A stretch of 64,000 nucleotides of DNA from Tubulanus polymorphus (lineage: Eukaryota; Animalia; Nemertea), in NCBI RefSeq assembly GCF_964204645.1, contig NC_134033.1:330131-394130 (forward strand). The letters are read 5' to 3'. How positions within the stretch are numbered: the first letter of the stretch is position 1; every line of letters begins with the position of its first letter. The position numbers and the translations under genes are program-made. Positions 1-27,545 of the stretch are shown here, piece after piece. The notes beneath the pieces are model-generated. The model ran no database searches, had not been told where the DNA came from, and saw only the letters and a program-made list of their open reading frames with translations.

Positions 1-31
1 GTTCCACTGTGGATCGACCGGTGGATCTTAC

Positions 32-3000
32 CTGACAGTATCCACTACGTTTATTATGATGCGATACAGCGACTAAAACATTCTGTAATTGTTGCCTCTG
101 ACACTGAGGATCGGTCAAATCTCGGAAGAATATATTTTCAGGAAAAGTTCGATGGAGATCTGTGAAATAGATTTCAAAAACTGAGGAGGAAAACAGAGGT
201 AGGTGAACCATCCCTTCTCCAGGGGTCCAGGTAGGTGAACCATCCCTACTCCGGGGGTCCAGGTAGGTGAACCATCCCTCCTCCGGGGGTCCAGGTAGGA
301 GAACCATCCCTCCTCCGGGGGTCCAGGTAGGTGAACCATCCCTCCTCCGGGGGTCCAGGTAGGTGAACCATCCCTCCTCCGGGGGTCCAGGTAGGTGAAC
401 CATCCCTTCTCCAGGGGTCCAGGTAGGTGAACCATCCCTCCTCCGGGGGTCCAGGTAGGTGAACCATCCCTCCTCCGGGGGTCCAGGTAGGTGAACCATC
501 CCTCCTCCGGGGGTCCAGGTAGGTGAACCATCCCTCCTCCGGGGGTCCAGGTAGGTGAACCATCCCTCCTCCGGTGGTCCAGGTATGTGAATCAGCCCTC
601 TAATTTACTGAACGAGCCCTCCAAGGGTCGGTCAGTAGGTTTGGCTCCGGCCCTCCAGGGGTCGGTCAGTAGGTTAGGCTCCCAATATGCAGCACTCTAG
701 GGGTCCAGGTAGGTGAACGAGCCCTCCAGGGGTCGGTCAGTAGGTTAGGCTCCCAATATGCAGCACTCAAGGGGTCCAGGTAGGTGAACGAGCCCTCCAA
801 GGGTCGGTCAGTAGGTTTGGCTCCAGCCCTCCAAGGGTCGGTCAGTAGGTTTGGCTCCGGCCCTCCAGGGGTCAGTCAGTAGGTTAGGCTCCGGCCCTCC
901 AGGGGTCGGTCAGTAGGTTAGGCTCCAGCCCTCCAGGGGTCGGTCAGTAGGTTAGGCTCCCAATATGCAGCACTCTAGGCTCCCAATTACTGAGCGAGAA
1001 TACACTCACCCATAGTTATAGCTTCCATTATTTGGTCATCTTTTGGTCCGTCGAGGAGTTTCTGATACATGTGTGGATTAGCTTCAAGACGATCTTGAGC
1101 TCCACTTACGCACATCCACACCTGAAATATACACATCCACAGCTTAGATATACAATAAACCATGTTTTAGTTGCGGGACCGGCAAAATTGGTCTGAGGTC
1201 AGATTTAAAGGTAGAAAAATACGTTAAAAGATGTCAAAAGATATTTTTTGACTGCAAGGTTCACTGTACATCAGGTTCCGGTTCCACAGTTGTGAGTAAG
1301 AGTTAACTCTGAACTCAGGATCCAGTTCCACAGTTGTGAGTAAGAGTTAACTCTGAACTCAGGATCCGGTTCCACAGTTGTGAGTTAGAGTTAACTCTGA
1401 ACTCAGGTTCCAGTTCCACAGTTGTGAGTAAGAGTTAACTCTGAACTCAGGATCCAGTTCCACAGTTGTGAGTAAGAGTTAACTGTGAACTCAGGATCCA
1501 GTTCCACAGTTGTGAGTAAGAGTTAACTGTGAACTCAGGATCCAGTTCCACAGTTGTGAGTAAGAGTTAACTCTGAACTCAGGATCCAGTTCCACAGTTG
1601 TGAGTAAGAGTTAACTCTGAACTCAGGATCCGGTTCCACAGTTGTGAGTAAGAGTTAACTCTGAACTCAGGATCCGGTTCCACAGTTGTGAGTAAGAGTT
1701 AACTCTGAACTCAGGATCCGGTTCCACAGTTGTGAGTAAGAGTTAACTGTGAACTCAGGATCCGGTTCCACAGTTGTGAGTAAGAGTTAACTGTGAACTC
1801 AGGATCCAGTTCTACAGCTGTGAGTTAGAGTTAACTGTGAACTCAGGATCCAGTTCCACAGTTGTGAGTAAGAGTTAACTCTGAACTCAGGATCCAGTTC
1901 CACAGTTGTGAGTAAGAGTTAACTCTGAACTCAGGATCCGGTTCCACAGTTGTGAGTAAGAGTTAACTCTGAACTCAGGATCCGGTTCCACAGTTGTGAG
2001 TAAGAGTTAACTGTGAACTCAGGATCCGGTTCCACAGTTGTGAGTAAGAGTTAACTGTGAACTCAGGATCCAGTTCCACAGTGGTGAGTAAGAGTTAACT
2101 CTGAACTCAGGATCCAGTTCCACAGTTGTGAGTAAGAGTTAACTCTGAACTCAGGATCCGGTTCCACAGTTGTGAGTAAGAGTTAACTGTGAACTCAGGA
2201 TCCAGTTCTACAGCTGTGAGTTGGAGTTAACTCTGAACTCAGGATCCAGTTCCACAGTTGTGAGTAAGAGTTAACTGTGAACTCAGGATCCGGTTCCACA
2301 GTTGTGAGTAAGAGTTAACTGTGAACTCAGGATCCGGTTCTACAGTTGTGAGTAAGAGTTAACTGTGAACTCAGGATCCGGTTCTACAGTTGTGAGTAAG
2401 AGTTAACTGTGAACTCAGGATCCAGTTCCACAGATGTGAGTAAGAGTTAACTGTGAACTCAGGATCCGGTTCTACAGCTGTGAGTTAGAGTTAACTCTGA
2501 GTTAAAGTTAGTTCATTTTCAATGTTTTCACTCTGGAATCAAATCTTAACTCACAACTGTGGATCTGGATCCTGTGAAGTTTATACGCTATTGTTGCTCA
2601 AAAGGACCCAGTTCCACAGTTGTGAGTTAAGAGTTAAACTCTTGAGATAAAATCAGTTCATTTTCAGTGTTTTAAATCTAGAGTCAAATTCAACTCACAA
2701 CTGTGGAACTGGGTCCTGAAAAGGTGACATCACTTACCAGTGGTCTGTATTCAGAAGGAATACCTTTACGAATATATCGTTTAGTTTTACTAGACACCGA
2801 AATATCGTCTTTATCTCGCATCATTTTACTCCATTTTACCGAACGTCGAGCTAAAACTGATAAATAATTCGACATGAAATCTTCGTAGGATTCAAAGTCG
2901 AAATCGTCGGGACGTTCGAAACCGTATCCGTCTAATTTATCCATCGTTCCTCGGCGACTCAGTGACGACAATGATCTGAAATAATACAAACAAACAACTT

Positions 3001-5666
3001 ATAAACAGAATCCAACATTCCACTGTGGAATCTGGTCTGGTCCACTGTGGAATCAGGTCAGGTCTACTGTGGATCCAGGCCCTGAGGACCACAGGGATCC
3101 AGGCCCCGAGGACCACGGGGATCCAGGCCCCGAGGACCACGGGGATCCAGGCCCCGAGGACCACGGGGATCCAGGCCCTGAGGACCACAGAGATCCAGGC
3201 CCCGAGGACCGCAGGGATCCAGAAATGAACAGACCGATCCTCACCCGATGATCACAGACAGATTGAATCAACAGAAACTCGATTGTAAAAAATCAAACAG
3301 ATGTTGTATTAAACCTGGGAATGAGATCAATATAGTCGAACAGAAGCGTGAGGGTCCTGATGAGTTGAGCAGGAGCTGAGTGAGGGTCCTGATGAGTCGA
3401 GCAGGAGCTGAGTGAGGGTCCTGATGAGTCGAGCAGGAGCTATATATAGTTTGTCCCCTCCCTCTCCTCCCTCCTGCTGCTGGGAGTGAATATAGTTTGT
3501 CCCGTCCCTCTCCTCCCTCCTGCTGCAGAGACTGAATATAGTTTGTCCCGTCCCTCTCCTCCCTCCTGCTGAGACTGAATATAGTTTGTCCCGTCCCTCT
3601 CCTCCCTCCTGCTGAGACTGAATATAGTTTGTCCCGTCCCTCTCCTCCCTCCTGCTGCAGAGACTGAATATAGTTTGTCCCGTCCCTCTCCTCCCTCCTG
3701 CTGCAGAGACTGAATATAGTTTGTCCCGTCCCTCTCCTCCCTCCTGCTGCAGAGACTGAATATAGTTTGTCCCGTCCCTCTCCTCCCTCCTGCTGAGACT
3801 GAATATAGTTTGTCCCGTCCCTCTCCTCCCTCCTGCTGAGACTGAATATAGTTTGTCCCCTCCCTCTCCTCCCTCCTGCTGAGACTGAATATAGTTTGTC
3901 CCCTCCCTCTCTTCCCTCATCGCCAATGATGATGAATTTATTGCGATCTAAATGGTAATAATCTCTTTATTAATTCTAACAGCAGCTGTTACCCCCTCCT
4001 CCCTCCACCCCCCATACATTCCTACAGTACTGTGGTCTATTGTATAGGGCTGGGATGTCAGGAGACTCACAGCTGTTCAAATACAATAATACCGACCCTG
4101 CACTGAGCTCAGAGCTGGGTGTGTCAGTGCTGTGTAGAGGAAGTTAAAGGGATCCATTCCTAACGGGTGCAGAGACAAAAACACCACGATCACTGAAATT
4201 CATCTTCAACCCTGCCCAGCCGGGCCCATTTCCTGCCATACAGGGCCTCGCTCATATCTGAAGTTAGTAGATCATCAAATATTCCTGATACTATATACAT
4301 ATAAAACAGAAGTATCAGAGAAACTGGCCCTGGTTGATCTAAGCTACAATTTCGACATCACCCCCAAACTATTAACTTCTTTCTTTTCAACTAAGCCTGC
4401 TAGTATGAGGCCACATAGTTAGTTACCTAATCGTTGGTGGTAAGCTTTTTATAATCTGATGTGCTTATACCAACGTTAGGGATGACAAGGACCAAAACAC
4501 GGTTGAAAAAAGTAACACTTCAAAAATATACTTTCTATTCACTTCAGTCCACAATTAATGGCTTAATTCACAAACTAACACAGGTACTTTTCGAAATAAT
4601 CCAATTTTATGTATGTTTCGAGTGATTAATCAACATTATTTTGAGAAATTAATTAATTTCTCCACAAATTTCGCCATTGGCCGCCATTTCTCTGTATTGC
4701 ACATGTGGCATGATAAGACAAGGGGACCTACAAGGATTTATATAAAACTTCCAAGACGAAACGACGATTTTTATTTTTGATTGTTTTCCAACTTTTATTT
4801 CAAATCTTCGTGTTTTCCATAACAAATAATGAAATAATACATTTCTGGTAAAAGAAAAATGTGAATAAGTGTTGATTTCTTAATTTTTTTTAATTTCGTC
4901 GTTTCGCTTTGTTAGTTTGTGCTGTTGTCCTGGCCTCAGTCCACAGGTGCTAGCACCTCCAGTAATTTTCAAAATGGCAGCTGTTGACTGGACGGAAATT
5001 TACTCTCACTTTACGGCCGATTTGCACATGGATTAAGATCGTCAGGTGAGGTGTTATAGGTATCAGACAAACTACGAATCTGTTGTGCGTCGATTACAAC
5101 AAAAATGAGACAGATATCTTAAGAGACAATGAAACGCCAGGCAAATTACTCGTCAGTCAAATTGGCTGACGAAGATTTCATACAAAAATGACCTTCCCAT
5201 TCCTGACTGTGGTTTGTGAAAATATCCGATCGTGAAACTAAACCACAGACAGGTTACTGACTAGAGGCCACAGGGACTTGACGAAAAGTTTTTGACTCCA
5301 TTATCCTAGGTACTATATATAAAAAGACTTTTCATATGCAGTACCTAGAATAATAGGATCAAAAATTTTTTGTGTCAGGCCCCTTCTGTGTGCCCAACCA
5401 AAGCCCAAGGCTGAGCGACGAGTCCCAACGCGCCAGCAGTGCTCCTCCGTCCATCCCGGCATCCGTCCGAAACCGGGAAACCCTCTCTCCCTCTCACTCA
5501 CTCAATTCAGGCTGATCACCTTAAACTCTTATTCCAGGCCTCATTATTTCATACGATCGATGATGAGTTATAGAATATTTATCGGCCTCAGTTTAACAGA
5601 CGAGATATAAACAGTATTAGATAGTTAAACTTACGCAGTCGTTTTCGGCGACGTCGCGTCCGCCAT
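32..5666 (-). CDS. GRTP1: Growth hormone-regulated TBC protein 1 (TBC1D6), Rab GTPase-activating protein; 5' four coding exons, gene continues beyond the left edge
   Basis: Exons 5666-5635 (MADATSPKTTA), 2975-2738 (SLSSLSRRGTMDKLDGYGFERPDDFDFESYEDFMSNYLSVLARRSVKW...KRYIRKGIPSEYRPL), 1121-1010 (VWMCVSGAQDRLEANPHMYQKLL...EAITM) and 159-32 (DLHRTFPENIFFRDLTDPQCQRQQLQNVLVAVSHHNKRSGYCQ). All introns are GT-AG with matching phases. TBC IxxDxxRT and YxQ motifs are present, and the D-x-YGFERP-x-DFD N-terminus is characteristic of GRTP1. Confidence 0.93.
197..590. repeat. 32-bp minisatellite (GGGGGTCCAGGTAGGTGAACCATCCCTCCTCC), ~12 copies, GRTP1 intron 3
   Basis: Tandem units are directly visible and explain ORFs 115..531 and 246..563. 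Confidence 0.95.
612..985. repeat. Compound ~35-bp minisatellite (GCCCTCCAGGGGTCGGTCAGTAGGTTAGGCTCC) related to the adjacent 32-bp array
   Basis: Tandem units are visible, interspersed with GGGGTCCAGGTAGGTGAAC segments. Confidence 0.9.
1273..2500. repeat. 44-bp minisatellite (GGATCCAGTTCCACAGTTGTGAGTAAGAGTTAACTCTGAACTCA), ~28 copies, derived from a MITE terminus
   Basis: The unit matches the left TIR of the element at 2603-2717. The last unit runs into a full MITE body (~2461-2573). Confidence 0.95.
2603..2717. mobile_element. ~115-bp MITE with perfect 26-bp terminal inverted repeats
   Basis: AGGACCCAGTTCCACAGTTGTGAGTT ... AACTCACAACTGTGGAACTGGGTCCT. Homologous internal bodies occur at ~2461-2573 and ~23225-23300. 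Confidence 0.85.
3071..3221. repeat. 24-bp minisatellite (GATCCAGGCCCCGAGGACCACGGG), ~6 copies
   Basis: Visible tandem units; source of several spurious ORFs at 2937-3271. Confidence 0.92.
3445..3915. repeat. 43-46-bp minisatellite (GAGACTGAATATAGTTTGTCCCGTCCCTCTCCTCCCTCCTGCT), ~10 copies
   Basis: Visible tandem units; explains ORF 3327..3926. Confidence 0.92.
5272..5383. mobile_element. ~110-bp palindromic MITE-like element
   Basis: Imperfect ~43-bp inverted arms (GGGACTTGACGAAAAGTTTTTGACTCCATTATCCTAGGTACT / AGTACCTAGAATAATAGGATCAAAAATTTTTTGTGTCAGGCCCC). A half copy lies at ~26724-26780. Confidence 0.7.
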
Positions 5667-6094
5667 TTTGAACGTTTGGATCATGTGATTCGGCGTACAA
5701 AACAGCAGTCGAATATAAAAACGATTTGATGAAACGACGGATATTTTAGATTCGTTGTTAACGAACAATTTCACCAGTTGAATATATCACAGATTGATGG
5801 GAGCAAATATAATAAGAATCTTTGATGCGTGTTTTCATTAAATATATTAAATTGTAAATGGTCGGTTCGTGTAATTGGTTTTGATTGTGAATGAGTAAGA
5901 CTGGTTCCTAGTCTCTACCTTCTGACGGCGCAGAATTGGACGGGCAACCAGTCTAAGCGCAGAATTGGAAAGGCGACCAGTCTACTAAATGTAGAGACCG
6001 GGAACCAGTCCATGTTGTTAGGAGACGGACGCCATATCGGATTGTTGACATTAGAGACACGGCTCGCTGTAACCGAGGAAGAGACTGAGACACA
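5667..6094. promoter_or_regulatory. Putative bidirectional promoter GRTP1 / TCTEX1D2
   Basis: 428 bp between divergent ATGs. YY1-type CCGCCATTTT overlaps the GRTP1 ATG (5660-5669). ATTGG (CCAAT) boxes at ~5874, ~5935 and ~5964. RFX X-box-like GTTGTTAGGAGAC at 6014-6026. Confidence 0.7.
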
Positions 6095-8947
6095 ATGACT
6101 GCTGAAGTCGCTACCGCCGAGGATGTCACCAATACATACGTCATCAGACCTAACTTTTTACACAAGTAAGGAAGATATTAAAAGCCCCATGGGCTTCGTG
6201 CCCCGGGCTGGCGGCTACACCAGTCAAATTTCCAATCCAATGCAAAAAACAAACATCCTCTTTCTTTGCCAAGCGAGAGTCGAGACTGCTGATAAAAAGT
6301 GATTTAGGCCTATCTATTGTTAACATTATTAATTATAATTAGTGTCACAGCGCAGCAAACTGACTGGGTCATTTCAGTTCAAATAGGTCACTGATTCTGA
6401 TTGTTACTTTTCATGGACATGATGGATTCATCCCGATATTCCTGGGTAGAGTTGGATCAGAAAAATACTTCTAAAATATTCTATTTATTTAAGCCTATTC
6501 AAAGTTATTAGGTGAATATTTAGAGGTTTTCAAATAAAAAAAAACTATAACTCAAAAATCAAAACTCGCGAAAATAATTGCTTGACAAAAATATACGTCT
6601 TATCATTGACATTTTTTATTATTTGCTGCTTGCTGTGGTAATTATATAGATAAGAGTTTTTGAAAGGGAAGTGCCTGGGCCGGGGTTAGCTGTCAAAGGG
6701 GTTGACTGTGCGTGCTGAGAGTGGTTTAGTTTGAGAAGTAGCTCTCAAGTAAATCATATTGTTGTAGGCTACATAATTATGGATAAAACATGGTAGGTTT
6801 GTGTAGGTTGTTTAGGGAATGACGGCTCGGTACTAGACTAGTGTAGGTGCCTCCTACCTCTCTCTTCAATCAGCTAGGAATTAAATCTATTATTTGGAAT
6901 TTAGGCTAAACAAAAATGATACCTTGTTTCTCCACAGCGGCCGGGTCATTTTTGTAAAATATGATAAAATTTGTAATCAGTTCATTTCTACAGCGGCCGG
7001 GTCTGTTATGGTAAAATTGATCACGATTTTAAAAAAAGGGGTTAGATAGGCGGCCGGTCGGGTCAACTTTACAGCTCAGCAGAGCGGAGAAACAAGGTAT
7101 CAATTTTTTTAGACTTAGATTAATGTGGAAGTTGCACCATTTTGTATACGATATTGAATTTCTAACACTGGGCCCGCGGTGGCCTTCAACGTTTAACCGC
7201 TTTATCACCAGAATGACCTTCATTTTGGTGTGGAGCCCGCAGTGTTCCTACTAGTGACCTCTCTCTCCTGATCGGCCTATGGTTTATTATTTCTAGGTTT
7301 CGTCCGCTGATGGTTAAAGAAATGTTACACATGGTTTTATCGGAGCATTTATCAGGAAAAGAGTATAACGGAGAGGAGGCCACTGATTGGTCGAAAATAA
7401 TATCTGATGAAATAAAGAGTCGTTTAAAAGGTAAGACCCGCTCGCCCCCTGGTGTCTGTCTACTAAATTAACGTACGGTTGTTTATTTTAATACAGATAT
7501 GGGATATGATGGATACCACCTCAGCCGCCCCCTGGTGGCTGTGTACTACATTAACGTACGGTTGTTTATTTTATTACAGATATGGGATATGATAGATACT
7601 CCCTGCTGCCCCCTAGTGTCTGTCTACTAAATAAATGTATGTTTATTTTAATACAGATATGGGATATGATGGATACCACCTCAGCCGCCCCCTGGTGGCT
7701 GTGTACTTCATTAACGTACGGTTGTTTATTTTAATACAGATATGGGATATGATAGATACTCCCTGCTGCCCCCTAGTGTCTGTCTACTAAATTAATGTAT
7801 GTTTATTTTAATACAGATATGGGATATGATGGATACCACCTCAGCCGCCCCCTGGTGGCTGTGTACTACATTAACGTACGGTTGTTTATTTTAATACAGA
7901 TATGGGATATGATAGATACTCCCTGCTGCCCCCTAGTGTCTGTCTACTAAATTAATGTATGTTTATTTTAATACAGATATGGGATATGATGAATACCACC
8001 TCAGCCGCCCCCTGGTGGCTGTGTACTACATTAACGTACGGTTGTTTATTTTAATACAGATATGGGATATGATAGATACTCCCTGCTGCCCCCTAGTGTC
8101 TGTCTACTAAATTAATGTATGTTTATTTTAATACAGATATGGGATATGATGGATACCACCTCAGCCGCCCCCTGGTGGCTGTGTACTACATTAACATACG
8201 GTTGTTTATTTTAATACAGATATGGGATATGATAGATACTCCCTGCTGCCCCCTAGTGTCTGTCTACTAAATTAATGTATGTTTATTTTAATACAGATAT
8301 GGGATATGATGGATACCACCTCAGCCGCCCCCTGGTGGCTGTGTACTACATTAACGTACGGTTGTTTATTTTAATACAGATATGGGATATGATAGATATA
8401 AGTTTATAGTACAAGTAGTGATTGGTGAACTACGAGGTGAAGGAGTCAAGTGAGTATTAAACACACTCATGTAGCTCCTACTTTACAATCAATGATATAT
8501 CATTATCTCCTATTCGTTCGTACGAGTTAAAATCTCAAATGTTATTGTGATTGTATTTAAGGATGGGCTGTCGATGTATGTGGGATTCTGATACCGATAA
8601 TTACGCTCAAGATATATTCACTAATGTAAGTATCCACCCCCCCCCCAACCCAGTCTCACTCCCCTCCCGGAGATTCACTCCCCCTATGAGCCACCCAGTC
8701 TCACTCCCCTCCCGGAGATTCACTGCCCCCACCCCCTATGAGCCACTCAGTCTCACTCCCCCCCCCCCCCCACCGCCACTCAGTTTCACTTCCCCCCCCT
8801 ACTAGAGCCACTCAGTGATCCACTCAGTCTCACTCCCCCTCCCCCCATGAGCCATTCTTCCAGTCTTTATTTTAACTCAAACATCTGTTTGTATTTCAGG
8901 ATTCACTGTTTTGCGTTGCTGCAGCTTTTGGAGTTTATTACTATTGA
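6095..8947 (+). CDS. TCTEX1D2: Tctex1 domain-containing protein 2 (DYNLT2B), dynein-2/IFT dynein light chain, 128 aa, 5 exons
   Basis: Exons 6095-6165 (MTAEVATAEDVTNTYVIRPNFLHK), 7297-7430 (FRPLMVKEMLHMVLSEHL...IKSRLK), 8380-8449 (DMGYDRYKFIVQVVIGELRGEGVK), 8562-8625 (MGCRCMWDSDTDNYAQDIFTN) and 8900-8947 (DSLFCVAAAFGVYYY*). Phases are consistent (387 nt). The NTY-x-x-RP, DRYK-x-x-VQVVIGE-x-RGEG, WD-x-DTDNY and DSLFCV-x-AAFG motifs are typical of TCTEX1D2. Missed by the ORF track because the exons are short. Confidence 0.93.
6901..7118. mobile_element. ~220-bp MITE-like element in TCTEX1D2 intron 1
   Basis: TIRs TAGGCTAAACAAAAATGATACCTTGTTTCTCC / GGAGAAACAAGGTATCAATTTTTTAGACTTAG. A partial inverted copy lies at ~30938-31065. 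Confidence 0.75.
7441..8398 (+). repeat. Dimeric (83+77 = 160 bp) tandem array of the TCTEX1D2 intron-2 3' splice site plus the first ~19 nt of exon 3; 12 units, each with a CTCF motif
   Basis: TTTATTTTAATACAG|ATATGGGATATGAT is repeated with the AG ending at 7496, 7579, 7656, 7739, 7816, 7899, 7976, 8059, 8136, 8219, 8296 and 8379. Only the last copy continues into the conserved coding sequence. Confidence 0.95.
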
Positions 8948-9160
8948 GAACATTGTCGCTACTAGGCTGGTACAGACAGGCTGCCTGCTCATTGAGCCTG
9001 CCCGTGACAGGCTGGGCTGTCTGCTTATTGAGCCTGCCCGTGTTACAGGCTGCCTGTTCATTGAGCCTGCCCGTGTTACAGGCTGCCTGTTCATTGAGCC
9101 TGCCCCCGTTACAGGCCGCTCACAGAGACTTCTCCATACACAAAAACATTCCTACATGTG

Positions 9161-9200
9161 AATAAAAGGAATTTCAGTTGAAATGAACCACAGAAATAAA
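9161..9200 (+). terminator. Candidate TCTEX1D2 polyadenylation signals (AATAAA at 9161 and ~9195)
   Basis: Canonical hexamers ~215-250 nt after the stop. A minus-strand AATAAA candidate for SMC4 lies at ~9512-9517. Confidence 0.5.
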
Positions 9201-10827
9201 TATCTACTGAATTCGAGGAGTTTAATAATATATTGTACTAGCAACTGTTGACTGAAAAATTCCTGCCATTTTTTAAATTGTACATAAAATGTAAAATCTG
9301 TAGTTACGTATTTTGCTTAGTTTGAAATATTAAAAATGTTTATAAGATATCAATGCGTTTGTCTCCTACTGATTTCATCACTGAGGACCGAGGAGTGTTT
9401 AGGGAGAGTTGAGAGAGAAGTCAGAGGCAGCCCTCCAGGTTGAAACCCCCGCTAACAATGAGAAAAATCTGAATCCGACTAAAATGAAACATCGTTTTGA
9501 GTTTGGAGTAATTTATTTACATGATTCATAAAATTACACGCGACAAAATCTCGCGTAAATTCCGAGAAAACTCATTCACTAAATAATATTAATATTTACA
9601 TGAGAGCAGTTTCAGTTATTAATGAGATAAATGCATATTTGTTTTAGTAGCAATTTTCACTGATTGCGACAATATATTCTATTTCCACAAATAGTTTTAT
9701 CAAAACAACACACTTACAATTCACAGATCACGGTCTCTTGAGAGAGAGAGTTCTCAGTTTCTACTAACCACTGAGTTTGTTGAGGTCTGGTGTAAAACAC
9801 CTCTTCAGTCTGGTGAGGTTTAGGTTTGGTTTACTTCCAGCCTGGTCACGTCACTTATACACCGAGGAGATGAACACCGAGTAACCGCTGGTTGTTGAGG
9901 TGATTAACACTGAGTAACCGCTGGTTGTTGTTGAGGTGTAGTTTGCTGTACGGTAACCGCTGGTTGTTGAGGAGATGAACACTGAGTAACCGCTGGTTGT
10001 TGAGGTGATTAACACTGAGTAACCGCTGGTTGTTGTTGAGGTGTAGTTTGCTGTACGGTAACCGCTGGTTGTTGAGGTGATTAACACTGAGTAACCGCTG
10101 GTTGTTGTTGAGGTGTAGTTTGCTGTACGGTAACCGCTGGTTGTTGAGGAGATGAACACTGAGTAACCGCTGGTTGTTGTTGAGGTGATTAACACTGTGT
10201 AACCGCTGGTTGTTGTTGAGGTGTAGTTTGCTGTACGGTAACCGCTGGTTGTTGAGGTGATTAACACTGAGTAACCGCTGGTTGTTGTTGAGGTGTAGTT
10301 TGCTGTACGGTAACCGCTGGTTGTTGAGGAGATTAACACCGAGTAACCGCTGGTTGTTGAGGTGTAGTTTGCTGTACGGTAACCGCTGGTTGTCGAGGTG
10401 ATTAACACTGAGTAACCGCTGGTTGTTGAGGTGTAGTTTGCTGTACGGTAACCGCTGGTTGTTGAGGTGATTAACACTGAGTAACCGCTGGTTGTTGTTG
10501 AGGTGTAGTTTGCTGTACGGTAACCGCTGGTTGTTGAGGAGATGAACACCGAGTAACCGCTGGTTGTTGAGGTGATTAACACTGAGTAACCGCTGGTTGT
10601 TGTTGAGGTGTAGTTTGCTGTACGGTAACCGCTGGTTGTTGAGGTGATTAACACTGAGTAACCGCTGGTTGTTGTTGAGGTGTAGTTTGCTGTACGGTAA
10701 CCGCTGGTTGTTGTTGAGGTGTAGTTTGCTGTACGGTAACCGCTGGTTGTTGTTGAGGTGATTAACACTGAGTAACCGCTGGTTGTTGAGGTGATTAACA
10801 CTGAGTAACCGCTGGTTGTTGAGGTGA

Positions 10828-26907
<16,080 letters not shown>

Positions 26908-27421
26908 AGTGAATTCTTATTCAAGTCTCCCAGTTCAGACGCAAAGAGCCTGTAAAATATCAACAACATCATTCACTTCATCATTATCGACACAATCATT
27001 GCTGATCAAGACAATCTCTCCGGCCGGGGGTGTAATCTCTCCGGCCGGGGTGTAATCTCTGGGGCCGGGGTGTTATCTCTCGGGCCGGGGTGGGGGGTTA
27101 GTTAATGGAGGATAGGCTAACGCCCTAACGGCACCGGATACCGATCAGTTAAATAGTGGGACTTGAGAGTCCTCTTCAGTAAAAAATACCCACCTTGCCC
27201 ATAGGACCTTATAGGTTGTGTTGCATACATGAAAAATACAATTGGAACACACAGACCGACAGGACCCCCAGAACAGTCACACGTCACAGAGTCTGGAGAG
27301 CAGAGAGGAGAGAGAGGGAGAACCCGACCGACAATGTCAGGCACAGTGCTCGCTGTGTCACTCACTCGGACTGCGGCGTTATTTGTACTCATGAGAGGAA
27401 CAGGGGTTATAACCAACGTAC

Positions 27422-27545
27422 GTTCAATATATCAGAAATACTTCATTATAACACCCCCGAAATACCTTCAAATACACCCGAAATACTTTCTTTAGAATTT
27501 CACTTCCTGGTTTTTTAAAAATGGCGGCAACGATTCAAAACATTG
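27422..27545 (-). promoter_or_regulatory. Putative SMC4 non-coding first exon and core promoter
   Basis: GTACGT donor at 27421 and acceptor at 26950. The minus strand reads TTTGAA (CHR-like, ~27534-27539), GCCGCCATTTT (YY1) and CCAGGAAGTG (ETS), typical of cell-cycle/housekeeping promoters. Confidence 0.55.

Noticed and set aside
160-195. Alternative in-frame GRTP1 acceptor 21 nt upstream
   Set aside because: It would insert 7 aa inside the IxxDxxR catalytic motif, and there is no supporting evidence.
3350-3440. Three CTGATGAG boxes as hammerhead ribozymes
   Set aside because: No stem II/GAAA or cleavage-site elements follow; treated as a 32-bp minisatellite.
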